Below are positions 49,448-61,800 of a stretch of DNA of 64,000 nucleotides, one piece after another. Every line of letters begins with the position of its first letter. Within the stretch, counting starts at the first letter, position 1. The DNA is from Macrostomum lignano (Eukaryota). Made by a program: the position numbers and the translations under genes. Below the pieces are notes generated by a model, which made no database searches, had not been told where the DNA came from, and saw nothing but the letters and a program-made list of their open reading frames with translations. The stretch spans positions 248,001-312,000 of the forward strand of contig NIVC01000566.1 in NCBI GenBank assembly GCA_002269645.1. The letters run 5' to 3'.

Positions 49448-52400
49448 ATGGCATCTTCCGGACATCAAGATTTTTCAGGTAAAAATAAATTTGTTTCCTA
49501 ATCTGCTAGTCTAATGCTATATGTTAGAGTATCACCTGCGTGTACGAGTACTATACATGATACATGAAATATGTTTAAATAAATGCACTCTTTTTTGCTG
49601 GGTATGCTTTCTAGATGCTTTCTGGTGATGACTGTGCATATAATTCTGGAGCTTATAGAAATGTTGGCCATGTCTAAATAAACATAATCTAGTATACTAT
49701 AAGACATGAATATGTAAGACAGGGATTTTTTACTAAGAGAAGAGATAATACTAAAAAAATCAAGGATAACTAACTGACACTGGCACTAGCAGACAATAGT
49801 CAATAAATATATTGAATTTTTTATTAATTTTAAGTACCTAGTTCTAGAAAGAATGAGAAATTTATATTTTTTCATATTAGAATTTTTAGACAAATATAAA
49901 TTTAAGTTTCTAATATATTTGGCTATATATTATTATAAATCTTGTCACTTATTTCAAGCTAAAAAAATTGATTTTAAAATATCTTTGGTATAAACTATCA
50001 TTTTCAAACTTTGAATGATTCTTTTTGAGTTGATATAAAAAAATAGTAAGAAATGTATAAGTCCTATTTACAATTATAATGAATATAATAATAATATAAT
50101 AAATAGGGCCATGGTTAAGAAGATGGCCTTTTTTCATGGAAAATTATAGCACAATAGCTGGCAGGGGGGAATCTGGTACAATTTGTGCAAGACAAAAAAT
50201 TAATAGAATTTGGTGCAAGGCAAAAACTTTTAGTAACGTAATATTTTTGTAGATAGAAAATTGGCACTTTTTTGTTCATTAATATATTGATGGGTTTTTC
50301 AATTAAAACACATTAATATTGTATTTCAATGAAAAGGATTCAAATACATGTTTTACCATTATTTTTCAAATAGAAAATACTTATAAAAACTTGTATTGTC
50401 AAATTTTAATACAATTAGAACATATTTTGTTTAAAGTAAAGAAATGTTATAATGGCTTTGTTAAAATTTGAATGTAAATCTGAATATCAATTGGGAAATG
50501 AATACATAATTTTATGTTCTTGTATTTTACTTTCAAAAAAGTTCTAGCACAGCACAAGCAAACTTATTTATTAAAAATAATTTTGGCACATAGCACAAGC
50601 AAACATTACTTAACAATAATAATACTTTCTAATGTTACAAATGTCATTAACTGGAACTACCCAGTGAAATATTTGTATGCATGGTTTTAGCAAACTACAA
50701 TATTTTAAAGGAATAACTAAAAATTAAAATATTCTTCTTCTTGATATTCATTGCATTTGAATTTTCCAAAAGACTTTAAAAGCAAATTGCAAAGGCTGTA
50801 AATCTTTAATCAAAAATAGATCTACTGTATACTTTACTTGGCTATTGGTATTTTAACATCTTTTTATATTTTTCAGGAGCACAAGGAGACTATGGTGAAA
50901 GCTTGGATGCTGAGCACACTGAGGCATCCAACAGTGATGAAGCCAAGCTGCAGGCCATGTCTGAGGAGGAGCGAGAGATTCAGAGGCGTGACTGGATGTT
51001 GGAATTGGAGAAGGTAAAATACGCAGTGTTGGTTTGATTGCTTTGGCAGTCTTAATTTTTATAAATGGTCAGAGATTATTTACCTCATTTATTTCTACTG
51101 AGACAGTATTTAACATTTTCAAAATTTTCCTTATAGTTCTACTGTAAGTAGCTGCATCAGCAAGTTTAATAATTGTATTTTTAATTTATCGATCAGTATT
51201 TCACTTGTAATATACGTTTAGAAGTAGCAATATACTGGAACGGGTTATTGCCAGTCAAGTTCTACAAACCCAACTAAAAACTGGTCTTCACCACCCAGCA
51301 GTCTGACCCTAAACTCTTCACTACTCAGCAGTCTGACCCTAAACTCTTCACCACCCAGCAGTCTGACCCTAAACTCTTCACCGCTCAGCAGTCTGACCCA
51401 AAACTCTTCACCACTCAGCAGTCTGACCCTAAACTCTTCACCACTCAGCAGTCTGACCCTAAACTCTTCACCACCCAGCAGTCTGACCCTAAACTCTTCA
51501 CCGCTCAGCAGTCTGACCCAAAACTCTTCACCACTCAGCAGTCTGACCCTAAACTCTTCACCACTCAGCAGTCTGACCCTAAACTCTTCACCACTCAGCA
51601 GTCTGACCCAAAACTCTTCACCACTCAGCAGTCTGACCCTAAACTCTTCATCACTCAGCAGTCTGACCCTAAACTCTTCACCACTCAGCAGTCTGACCCA
51701 AAACTCTTCACCACTCAGCAGTCTGACCCAAAACTCTTCACCACTCAGCAGTCTGACCCAAAACTCCTAAACTGCCCACCGCCCGCAGACCGAGGAGGAG
51801 ATCCAGACCCTGCGCCAGGTGCTCAACTCGAAGCTCCGCCGGGCCAACGATTTGAAGCGCCGCCTCGGCGTCACCGTTCTTGGCGAGCTCAGGACCGATT
51901 TTCGTACCTCTTGGATGCAGCTCAAGGAGTCTGGGACGTGAGTCGCACAGTGAATGCATGACTGGATGTGGCTGAGAGCTTTCAATTTCCACTCGAGCTG
52001 CACTGTTGGTTAGAGGCACTTTAAGCGACATTGTCCCACAACAGGCGAGAGGCATTACTGCCCATTCCGCCGACTCCCCTGAGCAGGCACACACTCACAC
52101 AGGAGTGCACAGCAGCCCTAACTTTATTTATCGTTAGGCGGTTGACTCTCAATGGCGTTAATTGCACGAGCAGAGCGAAGCCGAGATTCCAATTTGGCCC
52201 CCAAATTAATGTGACTGCACTTGGAATCGAGCCTGGGCCGCTGGCACATCAGAGCACCTCGCCAGACCACTGGGCTGCGCCCCCTCCCTCTGGAGTTGCA
52301 CAGACTGCCAATTGGAAATTTTCCACTCTGGAGGTGTCTCAACATTTTACCCGAGCACAGTTATGCTTGTTTCGCCTCCCCGCAGCTACCAGCGCACGGC

Positions 52401-53190
52401 CAGCGCAGCCAAAGGCGCCAAGGACCGGACATCCGGCCTGGCACACAGCGTGGCCGCCAAACTGTCGCAGAGGTGGACAGCGGCCAGAAGTTCCAATGCC
52501 GCGAAATCCTTCGGCAACGCCTACTCGAGCGTGAAGGTCAGATAGAAGAACAGAACTTTCTAGAAAGACTCTATTCTGGCTACTGTTAAGAGATAGTAGT
52601 AGTATGAGTAGAAGTATAAAATATTTACATGTACCTCGTGGTTGTGCGATCCGTTTGGAATTGAAATCGAAGTGTGGAAAACTCAATTTCTTAGAAAAGG
52701 GTTGGCTTCTTACAAAACAATCTGGCATGCTTGTCCATGAAAGGTCAGGACCGCTGTACACCCAGTGTGAGCTGTGTGCTCAGGGGGCCGCTGTACACTC
52801 AGTGTGAGCTGTGTGCTCAGGGGGCCGCTGTAAACCCAGTGTGAGCTGTGTGCTCAGGCGGCCGCTGTACATCCAGTGTGAGCTGTGTGCTCAGGCGGCC
52901 GCTGTACACCCAGTGTGAGCTGTGTACTCAGGGATCAGCGGAACGGGCCTGGCTGCTGACCACCTTGCTGGCTGTCATTGCCGTTTTTTAAATTGAATTT
53001 TCAGGAACGAATCGCTGGCGGTAGCGGCGGCGCTTCGGCGGCATCGCCGGACACCAGCGAGTCGGAGCGGCAGCAGCAGCTGCAGCGGGAGCGATCGGAG
53101 CGGCTGCGACAGCTGGCCGAGGCTGGCGGAGTTGATGCTGACGTCGAGCCCGAAGATGGCGCAGCTGAAGAAACGGCGGCTCCTAGCTAG
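49448..53190 (+). CDS. TPD52: Tumor protein D52 family coiled-coil protein, ~217 aa
   Basis: Exons 49448-49478, 50877-51013, 51789-51937, 52386-52536, 53005-53190, phase-compatible. MSEEEREIQRRDWMLELEK|TEEEIQTLRQVLNSKLRRANDLKRRLGVT matches the D52 motif. Confidence 0.9.
51285..51765. repeat. 30-bp minisatellite (GTCTGACCCTAAACTCTTCACCACTCAGCA)n
   Basis: Visible; ends in the branch/acceptor region of the exon at 51789. Confidence 0.96.
52010..52285 (-). mobile_element. tRNA-derived SINE family B, internally deleted copy
   Basis: Colinear with 12440-12801 (CTTTAAGCGACA..GGCGAGAGGCATTACTGCCCATTCCGCCGACTCCCCTGAGCAGGCA..GGAATCGAGCCTGGGCCGCTGGCAC). Confidence 0.85.
52745..52932. repeat. 37-bp tandem repeat (CCGCTGTACACCCAGTGTGAGCTGTGTGCTCAGGGGG)n
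   Basis: About 5 units in TPD52 intron 4. Confidence 0.94.
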
Positions 53191-54204
53191 CCAGCCCGGA
53201 CTTGAAGTACATTTTATCAGGTGACTTGAAATCCCAACTTCTACTAAAAATAGCCGCATCTCTCAGATTTATCCCATCATAAAAGGGATTATATCTAGTT
53301 CTCATGATCTCCCATTGAGTCCATCGCCTTACATGTATAAAAAAGTACAAAATTAAGCGCTAGCTCTCTCTCTCTAGTCTATGGAAATCATCCAAGGCGG
53401 GGGCTGTCACGTGACGAGAAGGATCCCTAGCTCTGCTGGTCGGGGTTCGAATTCATCTGTTCTTGACGACTTGAAATTGTTGTATTATGTATTTATCATT
53501 AGTATTTTCGTTCCTGAATACCTTCAATTGACTACTAATTACTATTAAATTTGAGTAGTATATTCCAGTTTTACTCATGTGGATTGTATTTATTTCCAAA
53601 GCAAATATTATTGAAGGAGTTCTCTGTATACAGCTCTATACAATGCTTTGGTGTCGGATTTCCCAGTTAGTGTTTTGTTTTACTAATTTGTCTTCCCAGC
53701 TGTTTTTAACTGCTTCTGTATTTGAACTGACTGTGCAGAGTTGTTATTAACAAAAATTAAACTTTACATTTTAGCCGTATGTACGAGTTCTTTACGATTT
53801 GTTTGGTCTTCCATTTTCTGCCAAAATTTGACTGGATTTCCGTACTACTCATATATGCTACTCACAGTCAGTAGTGTGCCCCCAAATTTTACGGTTTATC
53901 TAAGCTGGTCCGTCACAAAATGTTCATCTCGTTCTGGCTGGCTCTGCTTTGTTGAAGCCTTTTAATCTGCTTTGATTTGCTTATTTCAATTTCTCGTTTT
54001 GATCGTTAAGTAGAAAGTGCGCAGTGCTTTAAGCTGCAGGGAAGTTAAGCTTTGCCTATGCTGGTGGCAAGCAACGTGATGTGGGTTTAAAAATAATCAA
54101 TTTAATGAATCATTCTTTAGCTTTTCTTGTTTTATTAGCTCATTAATATTGCAGTCTGATTCGAGTACGTGTGCAGCTAAACACGGGGGACGTAGGACTG
54201 GGAG

Positions 54205-54712
54205 AGCGGATCAGGGCGGATTCTCAAGGACTGAAAGGGCGGATTCTCAAGAACTGAAGGGGCGGATTCTCAAGAACTGAAGGGGCGGATCAGGGGCGTA
54301 TTCTCAAGGACTGAAGGGGAGGATCAGGGGCGGATTCTCAAGGACTGAAGGGGAGGATCAGGGGCGTATTCTCAAGGACTGAAGGGGAGGATCAGGGACG
54401 GATTCTCAAGGACTGAAGGGGAGGATCAGGGGCGGATTCTCAAGGACTGAAGGGGAGGATCAGGGGCGGATTCTCAAGGACTGAAGGGGCGGATCAGGGG
54501 CGGATTCTCAAGGACTGAAGGGGCGGATCAGGGGCGGATTCTCAAGGACTGAAGGGGCGGATCAGGGACGGATTCTCAAGGACTGGGAGCGGATCAGGGG
54601 CGGATTCTCAAGGACTGAAGGGGCGGATTCTCAAGGACTGAGGGAGCGGATCAGGGGCGGATTCTCAAACACTGAGGGAGCGGATCAGGGGCGGATTCTC
54701 AAAGATTGAGAG
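54205..54712. repeat. 34-bp minisatellite rich in GGGCGG (CTGAAGGGGCGGATCAGGGGCGGATTCTCAAGGA)n
   Basis: Visible. Confidence 0.94.
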
Positions 54713-55107
54713 AGCTGCGAGGTAGATTGAATTGGGAAATACTAGTTAAATTTATTGCAAATAGGGAGACACGGGCATCCGATGCAACTGGGATCAGGAA
54801 TGCAAATGGGATGTCTTCATGAGTAGCCCTTTGAACAGAGTTTTGCACTTCTCACACTCTTGTGCACGAGGCGGCTCGCGCTTAAAACCAACACACCTTT
54901 CTAGCTTTTTGAGCCCACTAAAAGGTAGTCTATGGCCCAGCTATCGGTCGCCCAGGGCTGTATTTTTCGACCCCCACTTAGCCGTGCGGGATGAAGGCTG
55001 GGCGGGCTTTAATGCTTTAACCAAATGCTTATTTTGCTTTCTGAGCCGAGCTCGATAATAGCAGTCGAAAATCCGTTCTGTAAAACTATAAAAGTTCAAA
55101 GCAGTGA

Positions 55108-56739
55108 ATGGCTTCGACAGTTCACGCGGACGGCGCCGCCGCTGCCGCCAGCAACTTGGTCAATCAGGCGGCCGAGACTAAGGCGGCTGCCGCGGCGGCC
55201 GGTGTGCCGTCCGCATCTGCAGCGGCCGCTGCCGCCCGGCACTCCGGGGGCGTCAAGCCGATGAGCAGCATGGCCCTGCTGGAAGAGAACGATGACGCCA
55301 GGTACAGCAGCGATCACCTGCGCCGGCAAGTGAACTGGATCCTCGGCGTCAACCCGCAGGACGTCCGCTTCCCGGTGAACATCGCCGAGCTAGCATTCAC
55401 GGCCAATTACTTCGCAGCGCTGACAGCCGACAAGATTAAGATCTTCATCAACAAGCGAGTCCCCGAGGAGAAGAACAACTGCAAGAAGAAGACCATCGAG
55501 TTCGACGTGGACCACCGGCCGCGCGGCATCGTGTCTTATGACAACCGGGACAACCTGTGCGTGGTGTTCCAGTCCAAGATCGAGTTCTACAGCCTAGCCA
55601 CCATGGACAAGGTCGGCGTCTACCAGACCTCCCTTGGCGAGATTGTCACCACGGTGACAGCCTTCAACAACCGGATTCCGCTTGGCGCTCTCTGGTGCGT
55701 GCAGGACTCTCGCAAGCCCATGAGTGTTGGCCGGCAATCGACCTTCACCTTCTGGAACGAGCAGGTGATGGTGCCTCAGCAGGTCATCTTCCTGGGCATC
55801 ACCGGGTTCAACAAGACAGAGAAATATCTCAGCTTCCACTGGAGCTCGCCTACCACCATCCTGCTCATCTCCAAGGTGGAAGGCCCCGACGAGATCAGCA
55901 GCACCAGCGGTGGTGGCGGTGGCTCCGCCTCGGTGCAGGACAATCCAAACGGCAAGCCGCTGGTCTTCTGCTCCTACGACACCGCCAACAGGAAGATCTT
56001 GAACAAGTTCAGCAAGCACAATGTCCAGCGCAGCGAGCACTACTCGCTGTCTCCGGACGGCAAGCTGCTGTTCGTGTCCAGCCGGACCAAGTGCATCCTG
56101 GTGGATACCATCACGTTGAAGCAGCTGCACTCGCTGGAGCGGCTGCCGCGGCCGACATCCGGATTGCAGAAGTCCGCCGGCCCGGTCTGGTGGGAGCACG
56201 CGATCAGCAGCGCTGGCGACCTCATAGTGCTCAACCGGCAGAGCATGACGATCGAGTTTTATCCGAACTTTGAGTCGCTGAGCAGTCTGGCCAATCCGCG
56301 CACCTTCGACGTGTCCAAGTGCGTCAATTTCACGGAGGGCGGGTCCAGCCGCATCTACCCCGTGGGCTCCCTCGGCGTGCTGTTCGTCTTCAAGCACGAC
56401 GGCCACGAAGAAGGCGACCAGCCAAAGCACTACAGCAGCTACAGCGTTGTACTACTCATTAGCATGGAAGGTGAGTAGTATATTGGGTAGTATGGGTGAG
56501 CTTTACTGGTGCGAGTTCAACAATGCTTGACTATCGCTATTTTTCCAGGTCACGTCCTGCTGCGGGCCGAGTGGCCCCGAGCCTACGTGCACCTCGTCAC
56601 CGAAGAGATGCTGGTGTACCTGCAGTACCTGTCTACCAAGCCGTTCTCGGCCGCGCACGCCTGCATCTTCGACTTTAACATGCCGGTGACGAAGAAGTCC
56701 TTCTGGAGTCGGCAAGGCCTGGGCGAGGCCGGGCACTGA
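55108..56739 (+). CDS. Uncharacterised protein, probable beta-propeller, ~517 aa
   Basis: Exons 55108-56470 and 56549-56739 (phase 1), strong GC3 codon bias, Ala-rich N-tail, repeated short beta-strand patterns including YSLSPDGKLLFVSS; family not recognised. Confidence 0.82.
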
Positions 56740-58827
56740 CTCGAGGTGGAGAGCTTTTAAGCAGCGGGTCTCTTTCGTTTCCCATTCGCGCTTATCTCGC
56801 AACCGACCGATTCCTGAACTCGTTTCTGACCGTACTGGACTGTCCCATTTTCCCCATCGAATTGGAAATCTCGTGACTTCCATCGCACAGCGCTGGGCCG
56901 TTGGTTCGCCAGCAAATCCTCTCCCCTAGGGCAGCAAGCTGTACCGCGAGCGCAGGCTATTGTAACCATAGTAACCAACGGGGTCCCGCCACCGTTTTTA
57001 TTTCCCAGCCGCATGTACAATAAAATCCCAACCGGCTGTTTTCCCCTCCCTCACGCCGCGCAACTCGCATCTGGCGGCCTCTTTTGGTTTTTTTCTTAAA
57101 CTCGTGTCGACAAAAAGCACCGAAACTTCTTAATACGCAAACGTTGAAGACTTTGCAGTAGCGCAAATACACTCACTCACTTGTGCAGCCCTTATATGTG
57201 AAAATCCGAATCAAAGAGATTTTTAGGTCTTTGAAGAATTCATTATTGCTTATAATAGCCACTTCCCTTCCGTTACTTCAATACTTTAAGTAGATCACAA
57301 GGGTGCAAAATATATTAAAATTCGGCCACAAAATCAATGTGTTTAAAACCACTCATTCTCTTCCTATTCTTATTTGCTGCAGACATTCTCTATAGCCAGA
57401 TCCGGCATGACAAGGCAATGATTAAGCATATGCAGTCCGAAATATCCACAGTGGGTGACTTCAGCCTCTGAAATTCAGTCTGGGAGATTTCGCAGTGGAA
57501 AGGTAAGAGGGAAGTGTGGAGAAGAGGCTCTGAACGAACGAGCTAGGTTGGAGTGGCCGGGACACGACCCGATCCATCTCGGATCATCTGCCTGCTAGCG
57601 CTGAAGGCGGTCGTCATAGTCTGCCACACTTGATTTACTAGGACAACAAGCCAATCTGTATGCCGCGCTTGTCGAGCTGCCTTGAGTACGGAACCCACAT
57701 GGAACCCTTCCTGGCAGGAAATTTCCTCGATCTTGGTTTTTTATCATCAAGAGTGGAAGCGATGAAGACCAAACCGTCGCCTTCTGAACGCGGGCGTCCC
57801 CATCCAGGATCAGCACGGCGACGCGAAGGCCAGCTGAGCCTCTCGTACGGAATCCCTCCACGCTCGCGGTTCCTACCGCTCTGTACATTAAGCCCTATCC
57901 CCTCCCTGTCCTGGGGGAATGAGTGAAGTGAATTCCAGAAAAAGCAAGGCAAACTGCTTTTGGTGGGTGAAACAATTGGTGCCATTTGGTTGCGCGGTTT
58001 GGGAGTAACACATGTAAGACGACCCTCTTGGATCTCCGGCTTCGGAGGGCTTAAAATCGGGATCGCTTTTAGTTACTCTTCCGTGCCTTTAGCACAAATA
58101 ACTAATCCAGATCCAGATGTTTCTAGGACTGCAAAACGGAGTCCTGAGTGGCGAGAGTGCCCGCTCGGGGGGGGGGGGCTCGACATAAAACTAGCGCGTT
58201 GCTACGGGGCGAGATAAATTATTTGCTATCAGTCAGTTTGCACGGTTAAGTCAGGGTGATTAGTAGAGGTTAGTCTAGATTCCAGGGGCCGAGTCCAGTC
58301 TATCTTCCAATCATTTCGCAAGTCAGACCACCAGTCTGTCCCTCGGTTATCGGTATCGGTTGAGCCGTGACTTCGCTCCCCGGCCGAATCTTCACGTGTA
58401 GATGTGGTACATAACTATTATTATTATAACTGACATTTGCATAGTCCTGAATACGCGGCCCTAGGCCTCCGCCCTGCAGATCATTTCTACGAAAACCGAG
58501 TGTCATGGCGCCCTTATCTTTACAGTGTACGCACATGTACACTCCGCGCAGATATTTTTAGAAACTGAACCCACGTATAAGTCAGTCGCAGACATGTACA
58601 TTCTTATATGTAGAGAATTTCCAGGAAATTTTTCCAAAACCTCCCTGCCGTCCCCCACACACTGACATCCTTATATTTATTATAAAAGCCTAATGGCCCA
58701 GTAGGCAAGTAACCAGAACGAACGAACGAATCCTGGAGTTGAAAACTATAAGCTACAACGCCTGTTGGCACGTATTATTATCAACAACTGTGTGTGCGTT
58801 TGAACAAGTTTTGAGTGTCAATCACAC

Positions 58828-61800
58828 ATGAGCTCGGAGTCAGAGTCAGACGGCGACACCGAAGGTGCTGAGCTCTGCGGCCAGTCGGAGTCGCTGACTC
58901 GCCGGCTGCGCAACATCCTCCGCGACTACTCGGACGGCCTGGCCATCCCCAAGGAGCTCATTCAGAATGCGGACGACGCCGGCGCCACCGAGGTGACGCT
59001 GATCTACGACAGCCGGGCCAATCTGCAGTGGCGCGAGACCGTCATGGGCCGGCGGATGGCCGACTGCCAGGTGGGTGGCGGGCGGCTCTAATTGTGTTGG
59101 CTGATGCAGGGGAGTAGCCAGCATCTTTCATTGAGGGGGTCCTTTTTGACTGGGCGCCATTTTAGTTAACTGGGCGCTGTTTTATTTAACTGGGCGCCAT
59201 TTTATTCGACTGAGTGCCATTTTATCTGACTGAGCGCCATTCTATTTGACTGAGCGCCGTTTTATTTGATTGAGTGGCATTTTATTTGATTGGGCGCCAT
59301 TTTATTTGTCTAAGCGCCATTTTAGTTAACTGAGCGCCATTTTATTTGACTGAGTGCCATTTTATCTGACTGAGCGCCATTTTATTTCACGGGGCGCCAT
59401 TTTATTTCACGGGGCGCCATTTTATTTCACGGGGCGCCCTTTTATTTGACTGAGCGCCATTTTAGTTAACTGGGCGCCGTTTTATTTGACTAAGCGCCAT
59501 TTTAATCAACTGGGCGCCATTTTATTTGACTAAGCACCATTTTAATCAACTGGGTGCCATTTTATTTGACTAAGCGCCAGTTTATTCAACGGCGCCGTTT
59601 TATTTGACTGAGCGCCATTCTATGAGTATTTTACAAGGACTTCCATGACGGGAAACTGTGTTTCTTAGAAAAAGTTACGCAGGCTGGTTTTCGCTGAAAA
59701 TTGGCTACGGAGCTAGGACGTTTTCACTTTCTTGATATTAAATTTGTTATCGCTTTCGATAGCAGGCAGACCCAATGTTCATATTTTGATATGTTGTGCC
59801 TTTCTTATTGCTCTATTGATATTCATAAAGCTTTTCAATCAGAAAATTAGAATTCTATGTTAATTTTTTATTCTATGTACAATTGCGCATGTCCTGTGCC
59901 TAACAACCATTAAAATGGCTCGGCTCATTGGTTTCATGAATCTATTTTATCATTCTTAGCTGACTGTGTAGCAATATGCGCAGCAGAGAATTCAGAGATG
60001 ATAAAATAGATTTAATATCTTTAAGACCAAATATTTCAGCTGTGCCATTTATTTTTATGATTTTTAGGTGCAGCAAATGTGCGTAGAATAAAAAGTTTAC
60101 ATGGAATTCTAATTTTCTGAACGAAAAGCTTTACAAATATCAATAGAGCTGTAAGAAAGCACAGCATATCAAAAAATGAACACTGGGTCTGCCTGCTATC
60201 GAAAGCAATAACAATTTTTGTGCTGAAAAAAATGACTTCCTATCTCCATAGTGTATTTTTCGGCGAAAACCAGCCTGCCTAGTAATAATAATAATAAAGC
60301 TAATAATATTTAATTACACCTGCCCAGTTACGCCTGATGTGCAGCCGACAGACAGCTCAGCCGCAGCTATTGCGCGGCGCATCTGAAGGCTGCGTACGGC
60401 TGTTCAGTCCAAGGACTGGGGGGGGGGGTCGCCGCACACCCTCAGTTACCCTCGCTGAGTGCTGAGCCCCAAGCCGAGAAGTCGATTTTACAGCTGGGTG
60501 AACTGAAGCAATGCAGAGTAAAATGTCCTGCTCAAGGGCACAAATTGTTCCAGTGGGATCGGGAATCGAACCCCCGACCTTCAAGTCGTGAGTCCGACGC
60601 TCTGACCACTAGGCTACAAGTACAGCCCCCTAATAGGGTGAGTAGCCTGCTTAACTTTTCTAAGAAATGTACTGCCCGTCCTTCTACTTGAGTAGTCCTT
60701 GACATTGGACTGGGTGCCAGTTTCCCGTCCTACTTGAGTAGTCCTTGATATTGGACTGGGTGCCAGTTTCCCGTCCTACTTGAGTAGTCCTTGACATTGG
60801 ACTGGGTGCCAGTTTCCCGTCCTACTTGAGTAGTCCTTGACATTGGACTGGGTGCCAGTTTCCCGTCCTAATTAAGTAGTACTTGATATCGGACTGGGTG
60901 CCAGTTTCCCGTCCTACTTGAGTAGTCCTTGACATTGGACTGGGTGCCATGCAAATAGCACACGCAAACACTAAAAATGATGTTCTTCAAGTTTTTATTT
61001 CAATTAATCCAGATCATTTGAGTCCCGATTCACAAAAATCACAACTCACTCAATCGCGATTCTCCAAATTCTATTTAACCAATCACTTTGGATCTCGTGT
61101 CATCCCAAAATGTTTGTTAAGTCCCAGCTCACCAAATGTGGGAAACATCTCAGGTAAAAAAATTCCGACAAAGCTGACTGCTGGGTGTTCCGCCCCCTCG
61201 CCCTACCTGCCTCTCAGGGCCCCTGCCTCTGGGCGCACAACGACGCGCAGTTTACTGACGACGACTTCAAGAACCTGCTGAGCCTTGGCGGCGCCACCAA
61301 GGAGGCGCAGGCGGCGAAGGTGGGCAAATTCGGCCTCGGATTCAACGCCGTCTACAACCTGACGGACGTGCCGGCCGTCCTCAGCGGCTGCCAGCTGCAG
61401 CTGCTTGACCCGCACGGCGAGAAGCGGGGCCGCGGCTTCCTGGAGGAGGTGAGAAGCTTTGGTGGGGGGGGGGATTCTGAGCAGCTCTGCCAGCGCCTTC
61501 CCAGTGGGGGCAATTGAAAGGTACCAAGGTGTCCTGTCCTGTTATGGCATTTTTACTGTATTTTCACCACCTGGCCTCAGTGTCACCCCCGGCTTTTCAA
61601 TGGAAGCTTTCACCCCAATGTGCTTTACTGGCTAGGATATTTGACCCTCCCAATGTGCTTCACTGGCTAGGGTATTTGACCCCCCTGGCTACAGTATTTG
61701 ACCCCCTCTGGCTACGGTATTTGACCCCCAACTGTACTTCACTGGCTAGAGTATTTCCCCATGTCCTTAGTTTCACTCCAATCCTGAACCTCTACCGTCC

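Noticed and set aside
53400-53460. GGTTCGAATTC B-box-like motif and GTCACGTGAC palindrome 3' of TPD52
   Set aside because: No A box or cloverleaf and no second copy in the window; too short to call.
57380-58560. Short overlapping ORFs and a donor-like AAAG|GTAAG (~57502) between the orphan and sacsin-like genes
   Set aside because: No recognisable protein motif, codon bias, TIR, LTR or TSD; may be 5'UTR or an unknown repeat.
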